Part shown: positions 1-10,300 of the stretch, piece after piece
How positions within the stretch are numbered: position 1 is the first letter of the stretch
How the letters are laid out: the number at the start of each line of letters is the position of its first letter
Origin: a virus
Lineage: Duplodnaviria; Caudoviricetes
Length of the DNA stretch: 45,962 bases
IMG/VR virus record: IMGVR_UViG_3300042938_001691
Span: 1-45,962 of that record
Direction: 5' to 3' (one strand)
The notes under the pieces: generated by a model
The model's database searches: none
Told to the model about the DNA's origin: nothing
Seen by the model: only the letters and a program-made list of their open reading frames with translations
Translations under genes and position numbers: made by a program

Positions 1-509
1 ATTTGTTCGGCTTGTGTTAGTATTTCTTCAGTTACTATTTCTTCACTTACTATTTCTTCAGTTGTTATTTCTTCATTTATAATGGATATTTGTTCGTCTT
101 CAGTTAGTATTTCTTCAGTTAGTATTTCTTCAGTTAGTATTTCTTCAGTTAGTATTTCTTCAGTTACTATTTCTTCAGTTACTATTTCTTCAGTTACTAT
201 TTCTTCGCTAATCAGTTGTAAAAGTTTTTCATTTTCTTGAGAAAGTTTTTCATTTTCTTCTGAAAGTTTTCCCTCCTCTTGTGAAAGTTTTCCCTTTTGT
301 TCTGAAAGTTTTTCCTTTTCTTCTGAAAGTTTTTGATTTTCTTCTGAAAGTTTTATATTTTCTTCTACAAGTTTTTCATTTTCTTCTACAAATTTTTCTT
401 TTTTTGGTAAAAGTTTTTCATTTTCTGTCTGCAAAAGGATTACTGGATTGGCAGGTGCTATTATAATTTCTGCCGAAGATTCTGATATATATTTTGCTAA
501 ATATTCCAT
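1..509 (-). CDS. 5' part of an acidic tandem-repeat/coiled-coil protein (runs off window start; not in ORF track)
   Basis: ATG at 509, 3 nt after the tail-protein stop; open to position 1: MEYLAKYISESSAEIII...(KLSEENE)n...(EEIVT/EEILT)n. Confidence 0.8.
   Translation of the reverse strand, partial: MEYLAKYISESSAEIIIAPANPVILLQTENEKLLPKKEKFVEENEKLVEENIKLSEENQKLSEEKEKLSEQKGKLSQEEGKLSEENEKLSQENEKLLQLISEEIVTEEIVTEEIVTEEILTEEILTEEILTEEILTEDEQISIINEEITTEEIVSEEIVTEEILTQAEQ
19..207. repeat. 15-bp coding tandem repeat (EEIVT/EEILT units)
   Basis: repeated ttcttcagtta(c/g)tat units, interrupted once. Confidence 0.9.
220..425. repeat. 21-bp coding tandem repeat (heptad KLSEENE-like)
   Basis: repeated gaaagtttttcattttcttct-like units. 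Confidence 0.9.
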
Positions 510-512
510 ATT

Positions 513-3500
513 TTATGATTGTTTATATTCCGTTAATTGATAATACATTACATTTTTTCTTGTATAGCATAAAACCCTCATAATATCACCCCTTGCCATT
601 GCCAAGTTAGCTAAACTAACACCAGCGTTGTTGTAAAATGTAGCCCCATTAGGATATACATCAACTGGATATTGAGTTGCAATAGCTTCTTGCATTATTA
701 GAATTTCTACGGCGAATTCATGAATTGCCGTAAATGATTCACCATTAGCAACGTTAACGCCAAGCGTTGTTTCTACTATTAACTTGTCGTAATATTCAGA
801 TTCATATCTAATGATGTTTGTTATTGTTTGATAGGCAGATGAACCTGCTTTTATAGCATCACCAATAAATAATCCATTGCCTTTTGCTACATAGTATTCT
901 GTATTTCCAGAACCATGAAATGTAATTGATGTTGGATAAAATGCGCCAATCCCTAAATAACTTCTAGTGTCTGTAAGTGAAGGTAAATATAAAGCACGTG
1001 TTCCTCCAGCAACATTTCTTGAATAAACCTTCCACCCAAATCTTAGATTAATTACGTTTGGTGATCCATTATAAAGATTCATATAATTCAGTTTTGAAGA
1101 AATAGAATCCCCAACATTCATTACAATATCACCTGTTGCTTGTATAGCTTTGTTATCAGTACCATTAGCAGCTTCAACAATTAAAGCAATATTTGCTCCA
1201 AAAGAATTTTGTATTGTACTCGTTAAATATGCTGGAACAGTTAATCCAGTAGATGGTGAAAGTACACTGCTTCCTATACGTGCTTCGGAATTACCTGATA
1301 TGCCCGATTGCCTTCCTATAATATATGCAGAAGTTGTATCGTTTATAATACCACCCCCAGAAATTCTCCAATCGCCTAAAAATCCACTTGAAGCTGTTAT
1401 TTTTCCTGATATTTCAGCATTTGACATATAAACTTTACCATCTTGCTGAACTTTAAAAGGTGCATAATCTCTGTTAGCAAAAGAAGCACCAGCCCAAATT
1501 CTTACTGCTGCTGAACCAGTATTCTGTCCTGTTATTCCTGCAAGTATATTACTATCGCCCGCAACCTGTAATGTGCCTGATGTAACTATTCCACCGTCAA
1601 TAACAGTCTTAGTATTATCGTATCCTGTTGCTTTTACAAAGTCATTTGCTATATAGCTTCCTGATCCTCTTGTTACAGCACATTTATAAAGATCTACTCC
1701 ATTAGTCCAAATATCACGCCCTTGAACATAAGGTGGTGTCGGGTTTGAAGTTCCTGTAAAATGTATTGCTTTTGTATTTGCTGTACTTTGTGCAGTATTT
1801 GCTGAACTTTGCGCTGTGTTTGCTAACGCTCTAGCCCTAGCAGATATTGCAGTTAGTAAATCGACTCTTGAATTATAATAATATGCAAAAGTAATTCTTA
1901 ATGTAGTTCCTATAATATCACTTGTTGTCGTTAAACTAGCAAGTAATGGTGTAATATAATTGCTTAAATTGGTGTAATTATTATCATAAGCAGTTGTAAC
2001 AAGACCAAAAACATTAGCTTGTGCATTATTTTTAGGTTTCTCATTTAATATTAGATTCCATTCAAGCCTTAATGCTTGTTTTTCTAAAGGCGTTAGTTTA
2101 TTATCACTAGCAATATCAAGAAGCAATGCGTTGGCGGTATCTGCATCAATTTGAGCATTTGAAGCAGCTATTGCTGCATTATCTGCTGTTGCCTTAGCAA
2201 TAGCAGCATTTGAAAATGCAGTATTTGCTGTAGTTTGCGCTGTGTTTGCTAACGCTCTAGCCCTAGCAGATATTGCATTCAGTAAATCGACTCTTGAATT
2301 ATAATATAATTGAAAATTATTTCTTAATGTAGTTCCTATAATATCGCTTGTTGTCGTTAAATTAGCAAGTAATGGTGTAATATAAGTGCTTAAATTCTCG
2401 TAATTATTATCATAAGCAGTTGTAACAAGACCAAAAACAATAGCTTGTGCATTATTTTTAGGTTTCTCATTTGTTATTAGATTCCATTCAAGCTTTAATG
2501 CTTGTTTTTCTGAAGGCGTTAGTTTATTATCACTAGCAATATCAACAAGCAATAAGTTGGCAGTATCTGCATCAATTTGAGCATTTGAAGCAGATGTTGC
2601 TGCATTATCTGCTGTTGTCTGAGCAATAGCAGCATTTGAAAATGCTGAATTTGCCTTAGTTTGAGCATTATCTGCCAATGTTTTAGCCTTAACCGAAATT
2701 GCATTCATTAAGGTTTGACGAGAAGCATAAAAAGATTCCCAAGTACTTCTATATGTTGAACCTACAATAGTTGTATTCGATGACAAATTAGCATCTGAGA
2801 TCCAAGAAGGTATTCCTGTACTCCAAGTTGAACCGGCATTTAAGTAATTAGCAAGTGACTGAAAAGCCGTATTGTAAGTTGTGTTTTCAGTAGTAATTCC
2901 AAAGGTTGTTGACTGTGAATTTATACCAGATTTTTCGGCTGATATTATATTCCAACGGTTTCTTTCTGCGCTTTTTTCAAGTTTTGAAAGGATATTGTCA
3001 GAACTTATATTTGATATTTCTGTATTTGCCGTATTGGCAGAAGTTTGAGCATTAGCGGCAGCAGTTGCTGCGTCGTTTGCGGCATTTTGTGCCGTAGCAA
3101 TACTTGCATTAACGTCTTCTGGTGCTGGTGTCCAATCTGTAGCTTTATTACCTTTTTCAATTTTAAAATCTTTAAACCAATACCAAAGCCATTCAATATT
3201 TTCAATATCAAGAAAATTATATAGTGCCGATGTATAATTATCAACTACAAATTTATACTCAAAATATTGCCAAGAAGTAGAGAAATTTGGCTGAGAATTG
3301 TTATTTGAAATATCGCACATATTTACGCTAAGTGCTCCAGTTCCGTTAGATTTTAACCAAAAACTTACAGTATATTCACCGTTTGAATCAATTACGTTAT
3401 CTATACGAACGGCACCTGTAAGTCCATTTTGTCCTGTTAATTTAAACCCATTTTTTGAATCAGGACTTTCTTCTTTTTGAATAATAGGATTATTTGCTAA

Positions 3501-6170
3501 GGTAATTATACTAGTTGTCTTTTTGAATAAATTTCTACCACCAATTTGTATATTATTAGCAGTTGTCTGAGCTGTATCAGCTAATGTTTTTGACTTAGTA
3601 GCTATCGAATTTAAAAGATCCGTTCTCGCATCGTAATAAGCCTTGAAATTACTTCTGAAAGTAGTTCCTGTTATATCACTCGTTACTGTTAGATCAGCCA
3701 ATAATGGCGTTATGTAGGTACTCAAAGCTGAATAAGATGTTCCATAAGCTGTTTTACTTACTTCAAAACTATCTGCTTGAGTATCGTTCTTATTTTTCTC
3801 ACTTACTATGGAATCCCATTCCATTTTTGTTTGTTGCTTTTCAATAGCTGTTAACTTATTATCACTAGCAATATCAGACAATAATGTGTTAGCAGCATTT
3901 GCAGAAGTCTGAGCAGCATTTGCAGCTGTCTGAGCAGAATTTGCAGCAGTAGCAGCATTGTTTGCAGCAGTTTGAGCTGTAGCTGCGTTTGCAATTGCGT
4001 TATTTGCTTGTGTTTGTGCTGTATTTACGGCTGTTTCTACATTAACACCACTAGTAAATTTAATAACACCTTGAAACTCACCAGCATCTAAGTCAAAATA
4101 AGTAATTCCATCTGCTGATTGAATCCTACCTGTTTTAATGAAACGCCCATTTATAGTTGTGAATCCATACATAAGTGCCAAAGCACGTGTGTTATTTATA
4201 TCAACAGAATTTAGTATTCCAATAAGAAAATGATAATTTGCAGCATCGCTATCAACTGATAATTGATCTGTTTTAAAAGAGATCGAAGCCGAAGTCGAAG
4301 ATCTTGAACATTTAGCATATACGTATCTGGCGGTATCACTATTCATAGTAACATCGCCATCAGTTATATTCCAATATGCTGGATCATTATTCGCATCTAC
4401 AATAGCATAATGAGTCAGAACTCCACCGGTATATACTACACGATTTTTTGCTCCTAAATAGTTAGGCTGAAAAATAGTGCCTTGCAATCCAAACTGCATT
4501 GATTTTGCACCAACTGAAAGCATTGATGTTTCTATTGAAAGTGGTTTTATTTTTTCTGAATAAAAGTCACCTTCGGTATCAAAAACCATATTCAAAACCT
4601 CTTGTGAATCTTTCCAATTACGTCTTGCCCTTGCAGGATCATTTAGATTATTAATTTTAATAACCTTGTCAATAGTAGCCATTCCAGTAATTACTCTAGT
4701 AATAGTTGAAACTGAAATTGAAAGATCTGCAATCGTTATCTGATAGGAATAATCGAACATTAAATCGCGTGTAAATCCTTTCACACGAATAGTTTTATCA
4801 ACATCAAGATCCGTGTCCTTAATTGGAATGTAATCACCAACCCAAACGATATTTGATAAAGCATCGGCACCAACTTGATTTTGAAAATAATTGCTATCAA
4901 GAGTAAGTCCATATTGAACTAATGGCTGACTGTACTTTGCCAAATATGCTGCTCCTTTTGTTTCTAGTTCAGCTTCTGCCGCATCAATATATGTTTGTGG
5001 CATATATATATCTGTAATAACATATTCATCGCCTATTTCAAACTGAAAAGCTGATGTCGTTGTTGAAGGGAAAAGATAATCGTTCTGATCTGTTTGACTT
5101 GTAATAGTAAACTTTTTTAAAACATTCTCGTATTTATTTAATTCAAATTCATATCCTGCAAGGTTACCTGTGTTGAACTTAATTTTTGCAGGTGCACCTT
5201 CCATTAAATACTTTGTTGTTCCGTCACCATTTTTTTCGTTTAAATCGAAATTCATTGAATTATCTATAAACTCAAAAACAGTTGTACCAAGCGAAGTTAT
5301 TGTACCTGTACGATGTGGATAAATATCATCAAAATTCTTTGAACCTTCCCATATCCCATAATTTGATATTGCTGTGGTATTTTCAAGAAAACTTTCTGAT
5401 TTTGATTTTGTAGGTAAACAAAGTTTTGAAGCACGGTATTTTGGCGTGATGATATTCTTAGAACTTCCAAAGCAGTTCAGCCTTGTAATTATATTTGACG
5501 AAGATACCTTCTCACGTGTCAGTTCATAGATCCCTTTTCCTTTTCCATATTCTAATGTACTAGTGAAATTATTTCCAATAGTTCCTACGTTTATTGTTCT
5601 TATTCCAGATACGTTAATTTCAATATTAAATTCTGTATTGAAATTATCTTCGCCGCATAGGTTTTGTAAAACAGAAAGACAATTGTCCGAATCTCCAAAT
5701 GTAAGACTTAATGTTTTACTGTTTAATGGATAATTGCCTACAAGCCATTTTCCTGCTCCGAAAACACGATTTGCATTGGCAATAATAACATCAAGAAACA
5801 TTTTAATATCGCCTGTAATATCATCACCATTAATATCTTGAATTTGATTACTTGTTGTATCGATATTTACATTGAATGATGCTCTTAATAAATCATACTG
5901 AACACCTTCAAATTGCATATCATATTGAAATCTATTTTCTGAGATCTTTCTTTCTTTTGCTGGTGTGTTAAGAGTATAGTCGCGACCTATTACAGTAATT
6001 TTATCGCCAATATAGAAATCTATTTTCTTTGCCGATTCGACTGAAATATCAACTACATCAACGCCCAAAAGTTCAACTTGCTGAGTGGCTTTTTTAATTG
6101 CACTAATGTTTTCTTTCGAATTAAGTTTTAATGTAGTGCCGTTTCGATGTGTAATTATAATTTGTTCCAT
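513..6170 (-). CDS. large tail tip / central fibre protein (Tal-like N-terminus, Ala/Thr/Asn-rich stalk repeats, carbohydrate-binding-like module)
   Basis: 1885 aa, last large gene of the tail operon after TMP and Dit; four SDNKL..EK-type repeat units; GGRNL...KIEKGNKATDWTPAPED module typical of phage tail proteins. Confidence 0.85.
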   Translation of the reverse strand: MEQIIITHRNGTTLKLNSKENISAIKKATQQVELLGVDVVDISVESAKKIDFYIGDKITVIGRDYTLNTPAKERKISENRFQYDMQFEGVQYDLLRASFNVNIDTTSNQIQDINGDDITGDIKMFLDVIIANANRVFGAGKWLVGNYPLNSKTLSLTFGDSDNCLSVLQNLCGEDNFNTEFNIEINVSGIRTINVGTIGNNFTSTLEYGKGKGIYELTREKVSSSNIITRLNCFGSSKNIITPKYRASKLCLPTKSKSESFLENTTAISNYGIWEGSKNFDDIYPHRTGTITSLGTTVFEFIDNSMNFDLNEKNGDGTTKYLMEGAPAKIKFNTGNLAGYEFELNKYENVLKKFTITSQTDQNDYLFPSTTTSAFQFEIGDEYVITDIYMPQTYIDAAEAELETKGAAYLAKYSQPLVQYGLTLDSNYFQNQVGADALSNIVWVGDYIPIKDTDLDVDKTIRVKGFTRDLMFDYSYQITIADLSISVSTITRVITGMATIDKVIKINNLNDPARARRNWKDSQEVLNMVFDTEGDFYSEKIKPLSIETSMLSVGAKSMQFGLQGTIFQPNYLGAKNRVVYTGGVLTHYAIVDANNDPAYWNITDGDVTMNSDTARYVYAKCSRSSTSASISFKTDQLSVDSDAANYHFLIGILNSVDINNTRALALMYGFTTINGRFIKTGRIQSADGITYFDLDAGEFQGVIKFTSGVNVETAVNTAQTQANNAIANAATAQTAANNAATAANSAQTAANAAQTSANAANTLLSDIASDNKLTAIEKQQTKMEWDSIVSEKNKNDTQADSFEVSKTAYGTSYSALSTYITPLLADLTVTSDITGTTFRSNFKAYYDARTDLLNSIATKSKTLADTAQTTANNIQIGGRNLFKKTTSIITLANNPIIQKEESPDSKNGFKLTGQNGLTGAVRIDNVIDSNGEYTVSFWLKSNGTGALSVNMCDISNNNSQPNFSTSWQYFEYKFVVDNYTSALYNFLDIENIEWLWYWFKDFKIEKGNKATDWTPAPEDVNASIATAQNAANDAATAAANAQTSANTANTEISNISSDNILSKLEKSAERNRWNIISAEKSGINSQSTTFGITTENTTYNTAFQSLANYLNAGSTWSTGIPSWISDANLSSNTTIVGSTYRSTWESFYASRQTLMNAISVKAKTLADNAQTKANSAFSNAAIAQTTADNAATSASNAQIDADTANLLLVDIASDNKLTPSEKQALKLEWNLITNEKPKNNAQAIVFGLVTTAYDNNYENLSTYITPLLANLTTTSDIIGTTLRNNFQLYYNSRVDLLNAISARARALANTAQTTANTAFSNAAIAKATADNAAIAASNAQIDADTANALLLDIASDNKLTPLEKQALRLEWNLILNEKPKNNAQANVFGLVTTAYDNNYTNLSNYITPLLASLTTTSDIIGTTLRITFAYYYNSRVDLLTAISARARALANTAQSSANTAQSTANTKAIHFTGTSNPTPPYVQGRDIWTNGVDLYKCAVTRGSGSYIANDFVKATGYDNTKTVIDGGIVTSGTLQVAGDSNILAGITGQNTGSAAVRIWAGASFANRDYAPFKVQQDGKVYMSNAEISGKITASSGFLGDWRISGGGIINDTTSAYIIGRQSGISGNSEARIGSSVLSPSTGLTVPAYLTSTIQNSFGANIALIVEAANGTDNKAIQATGDIVMNVGDSISSKLNYMNLYNGSPNVINLRFGWKVYSRNVAGGTRALYLPSLTDTRSYLGIGAFYPTSITFHGSGNTEYYVAKGNGLFIGDAIKAGSSAYQTITNIIRYESEYYDKLIVETTLGVNVANGESFTAIHEFAVEILIMQEAIATQYPVDVYPNGATFYNNAGVSLANLAMARGDIMRVLCYTRKNVMYYQLTEYKQS
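1808..2659. repeat. near-identical 426-bp tandem duplication within the tail protein gene
   Basis: tttgcgctgtgtttgctaacgctctagccctag at 1808 and 2234; gcaatagcagcatttgaaaatgc at 2197 and 2623. Confidence 0.9.
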
Positions 6171-6820
6171 ACGACTGTTCCTGTAGTTGTTAATGAAGTT
6201 ATCTCGTCAATGTTTCCTGTGATTACAATGTAAAATGTTCCATTCGAAGCGTAGTCATGCGTAATTGTTTGAGCCGTTCCGCTTACATCGTAACTCTTTG
6301 AAAGATCACCCCAATAAATGTTTATCAATTTTGCACTTGTTACCGTTATGCTTACAGTTTTATTTGCTGAACTTGTTCTAATATATTTCAATACTTTTTT
6401 TATCGGTTCTGGCTCTTTTAATTTTAGTGAAAATGTACCTACCATTTTATTTGAACTCCACTTTTTTGAAACAGATACATTTTCTGACAAATAGACTTCG
6501 TAAACTAATGGCTTTGGTGTAGTTTCATTTTCAACAAATACTTCAAGCCTTCTTGTTCCTAAGGCATCAAATAAGGATAAAAATGTATTGCACTTTAATA
6601 AGAAATCTGCTTGTGAATCCCCTTTTATAAAAAAGTCAATTTCAATACCACGTGGTTCGTATAGTCTTTTAGTAAGATCTACAACGGTTCCATTATAATC
6701 AGCCCAATCAACCTGAAGGTTTGCTTTTGGTTTTGGCCTGCTTAAAAGTCCATCGGAAGCAGAAACATATACCCCGTATGTTTTAATATCTATGCCGTCA
6801 AGTTTATATACAATTGCCAT
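6155..6820 (-). CDS. distal tail protein (Dit-like) with C-terminal PKD-like segment
   Basis: position between TMP region and tail tip gene; IYWGD...THDY motif. Confidence 0.65.
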   Translation of the reverse strand: MAIVYKLDGIDIKTYGVYVSASDGLLSRPKPKANLQVDWADYNGTVVDLTKRLYEPRGIEIDFFIKGDSQADFLLKCNTFLSLFDALGTRRLEVFVENETTPKPLVYEVYLSENVSVSKKWSSNKMVGTFSLKLKEPEPIKKVLKYIRTSSANKTVSITVTSAKLINIYWGDLSKSYDVSGTAQTITHDYASNGTFYIVITGNIDEITSLTTTGTVVWNKL

Positions 6821-6822
6821 AA

Positions 6823-7332
6823 TCAGTAAGTTGTTTTATTTTTTTCAATTATTTTAATGCAGGAATCATCTTTGGAATCTTGTAACACTCTGCCACCGTA
6901 TTTCATAATTACCACTTTGGCATCATCTGATGCGAAAACAATCACTTTGGAATCATCGAAAATATCGATCATTACAAAGGAATTTCCACTTGCCATTATT
7001 GTTAATTCGGAATTGTTTTTTACGAATATTTCTGAAACTTCATAATCTTTAATTTTAACTGTTCCTGTTGTTTTACCAAGCGCAATTACTTTTCGCTCGT
7101 TTACAATGTCAAGAAATTCATTCAGGTGAATTCCGTGAGATTCCATTTTACCTTTGAAATTCTTACTTATATAATCATTTGAAGGGTAATTATTCGACAA
7201 GCAGAAATCAAGCCCCTTGATATACATATCAAGAAGGCTATCGATGTCCTTTTCGTTTTTTAATATCAAGTACCACTCTTGGCAAATTCCCTTTATTTTT
7301 GCCTGTTTAGCAAGTTCACTACTTATACTCAT
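6823..7332 (-). CDS. hypothetical tail-region protein
   Basis: 169-aa ORF tightly packed downstream of TMP. Confidence 0.7.
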   Translation of the reverse strand: MSISSELAKQAKIKGICQEWYLILKNEKDIDSLLDMYIKGLDFCLSNNYPSNDYISKNFKGKMESHGIHLNEFLDIVNERKVIALGKTTGTVKIKDYEVSEIFVKNNSELTIMASGNSFVMIDIFDDSKVIVFASDDAKVVIMKYGGRVLQDSKDDSCIKIIEKNKTTY

Positions 7333-7350
7333 AATTTTAGTTTTTTAAGT

Positions 7351-10300
7351 TTACCAAAGTCCGTGTGCTCGACCACCATTAACAAGCGTATTCATTGCAG
7401 ACAATATGCCATTCAAATTATCAGTATTAATAGCAATTTGATTAAGTGAAAGCAACTGTTGACGTATGATCGAAATAGATTCTATTTGATTAATCCTCAT
7501 TGCGTTCATTTGTCCTGATATGATTCCTGCTGTATCCTCTGAAACACTTTTAACTGCTCCGCTAAGCGCGGTTCTGTTTGAACCTTCTGCTGCATCTCCA
7601 GTAATATATTTTTTTATGTCTTCTGGAAGTGCACCAAGTGCTGCACTTAATCCTGGGCCAATAGCAGTCAATTCATTGCCCATTGCAATTGCTGAGGTTA
7701 TTACGGAATCAATTCCAAGAAAATTACCATCTCCATCAACCCATTTAGCCATATACTTGTTAATGATGCTTCCAACAGGCTGTTCAATTAATTTTTGAAT
7801 AAGCATTTTACGAATAACATCACCTACAATCGCATCTACTTTTTTGCCCCAAGCGGCAGCAGCATCTTCACCTGCTGTGAAAGCATCTATAATCGCAGAA
7901 CCTAAATCCTTAGCTGCCGAAGAAACATCCATTCCAAGAATGTCTTCACGCATTTTATTAATAGTGTCCTCGATTGCGTTTGCACTATCGCGTATAGCTT
8001 GTTCATATTCTTTTATTTTTCCGTCATCTGCTTTCTTTCTTCCTCGTTCAGCTTCAATCATTTTAGGATATTCGAGCTGTTGTTTTTTTAGGTTTTCAAT
8101 GCTTTCCTTTTGTAGCTTAAATTTATCGCCTGTAAGGGCTTTATCAATAGCCCTTCCAAGATTATCATAAGCAATAGTAAGCAGCTCTACGTTGTTAGTA
8201 TAGCCCTGAATTTCTCTGTCTATTTTTTTGTTTTTATTTCCACCAATTAAGTTTACAACAGCAGTTACAACAGCGATTGCAGCTCCAATAATAGCAAGTA
8301 TTACACTTGCTCTTTCAACTCCCTTAATTGCTTCTGCTCCTACTTTTGAAAGTGCAATGATTCCTGAGATAGCTACAAGAACCGCTCCTGTGATATTCTG
8401 AGCGGCATTTAGTGCCAACTTAGTTCCATCATCCATTCCTTCAAAACTATTTATTACTTGTCCAATTTCTTGATTAACTGCTTTTAGTACGTCAACTGTT
8501 TTTTTAGATTTTTCAAGCCCAGCATTTGTTATTACATCCGCTTTTGAATCTTTTCCATTGTTAGTCGAAACCTCTTTAAGTCTTTGTTGAAGTGCTTTTA
8601 ATTTAGCTCGTAAAACAGCTTTTTCTTCGTCTGTTCCATTTGAATTTCTAATTGCATCATTAGCATTTTGTAACGCATTCTCAACCTCTCTTAATCCCAT
8701 AGCGGAAATCATATCCATGAAGCCCCTGAACATTATTTCCTTTTCCGCTATTTGAGCATCAATATCAGCGTTTACATCTGAATTATATTGATCTAATACT
8801 TGTATTGAAGAATCTATTTTTGATGAATCTGCACCAGGTATTTTCTTTGAATCAACTAAGGTTTCCCTGTCCTTATTATATTTTTCATTTATCGCTTTTC
8901 TGCTTGCTTCAAAGCTTTCAAATTCTTTAAGTAATGCTTGTAGTCTTTGCTTTTCTGCTTCTACATCGACAACATCAAGTGCCTTTTTTTCATTATCTGA
9001 CTTTGTATTGGCACTTTTACGAATTGAAGTGAAACTAGAAACGTCTGGATTTTTTATACCTGCTTTTTTAGCCTTTTTTTCAAAAGCTGTTTGCTCTTCG
9101 TCAATTCCTTTCAAAGTTTGTTTTAGATCGAAATCAATCAATTCCTTTTTAGCTTCTGTTCGCTTTTTCAAAAGATCCTGTTCAGCTTGATAGCTAAGAT
9201 CCTGTTGCTTTAAATCTATATCTAGTAATTGAATTTTCTCTTCAATTCCTTTTCTTAAAATAGACTGTTCTTCGGATATTGCTTTCTTTTGTGCATCTAT
9301 TTTTGCCTGATCAAAATCGTTAGTGTCTTTTACAATAGTGCTTTTCTTTGGCTTTTCACCACGTATTTTTTTAAGTTCCGCTTCGCCTTGTCTTATTTCA
9401 CCAAGAAGTTTTTTTCTGTCTCCTGAGTAGGTTTTTGAGTTTGTGTTTAGACTGTCAAGTGATTCCTTTGCGCTTTTTACTTGTTCTTCCCAATACTTTG
9501 CATTAATTACAACATCGGCATTTTCTTTTCCTACATTTTTATTACTACCAGTTGCCTGACTAATTTCTGCTTTTATTTTTTTCTGAAGTTGCTTTTCAGC
9601 ATCAATAACTGCTTTGTTATTTTTGGCACTATATTCCTTTCTCAAATCATCTTCCTCGCTTATACCAAAAAATGAACCTGCCGCAGCCTTTGTTTTATCA
9701 AGAAAATCAAGATTTTCTTTTCCACCTTCTGCTGTTTGTGATCTTTTAATACTTTCTGTCAATTCAGATTCAAGAGTTTGCATCTTGATCTTTTTTTCGA
9801 GTGAAACTATATAAGCATCAATTGCTGCTTTACCATCATTGGTTTTTATATTCTCCAGCGTAAGATTACTTAAATGCTCTGGGCTTAGTGCAATCAGTTG
9901 TTTTAGTTTTTGATTACGATATTCACGACTGTTACTCTCGTCATTTATAATGGAAATTAATGAAGCTGATTTGCTTTTTTCATCGTCAATCTTTTTATTT
10001 GATTCCTCGATTGCAGCATTATAGCGTTCTTGGGTTTTTTCTGCTTCTGTTTGAGCCGTTGTAACTTGATATATGACTACTGCAAGACCTACAAGAGCAG
10101 CTATTGCTAAAGCATAAGGATTGGCAAGCATAGAACTATTCAAAGCTAATTGAGCTGCCGTAAGCCTACTTTTTACCACCGCAGCAAGACCTTCGGCAGT
10201 CGTAAGTGTAATTGTTGAACCTGTATTTCCAATATTTGCAAGGATCTGTTGAAACGCTATTTCTTTTTGAAGTACGCTAACTGCATTGGCTACTATTATT

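Noticed and set aside
19-425. CRISPR array or telomere-like terminal repeats
   Set aside because: Units are 15 and 21 bp, have no unique spacers and keep an open reading frame; they are coding tandem repeats
281-466. 61-aa plus-strand hydrophobic ORF
   Set aside because: Antisense shadow of the repeat-coding minus-strand gene
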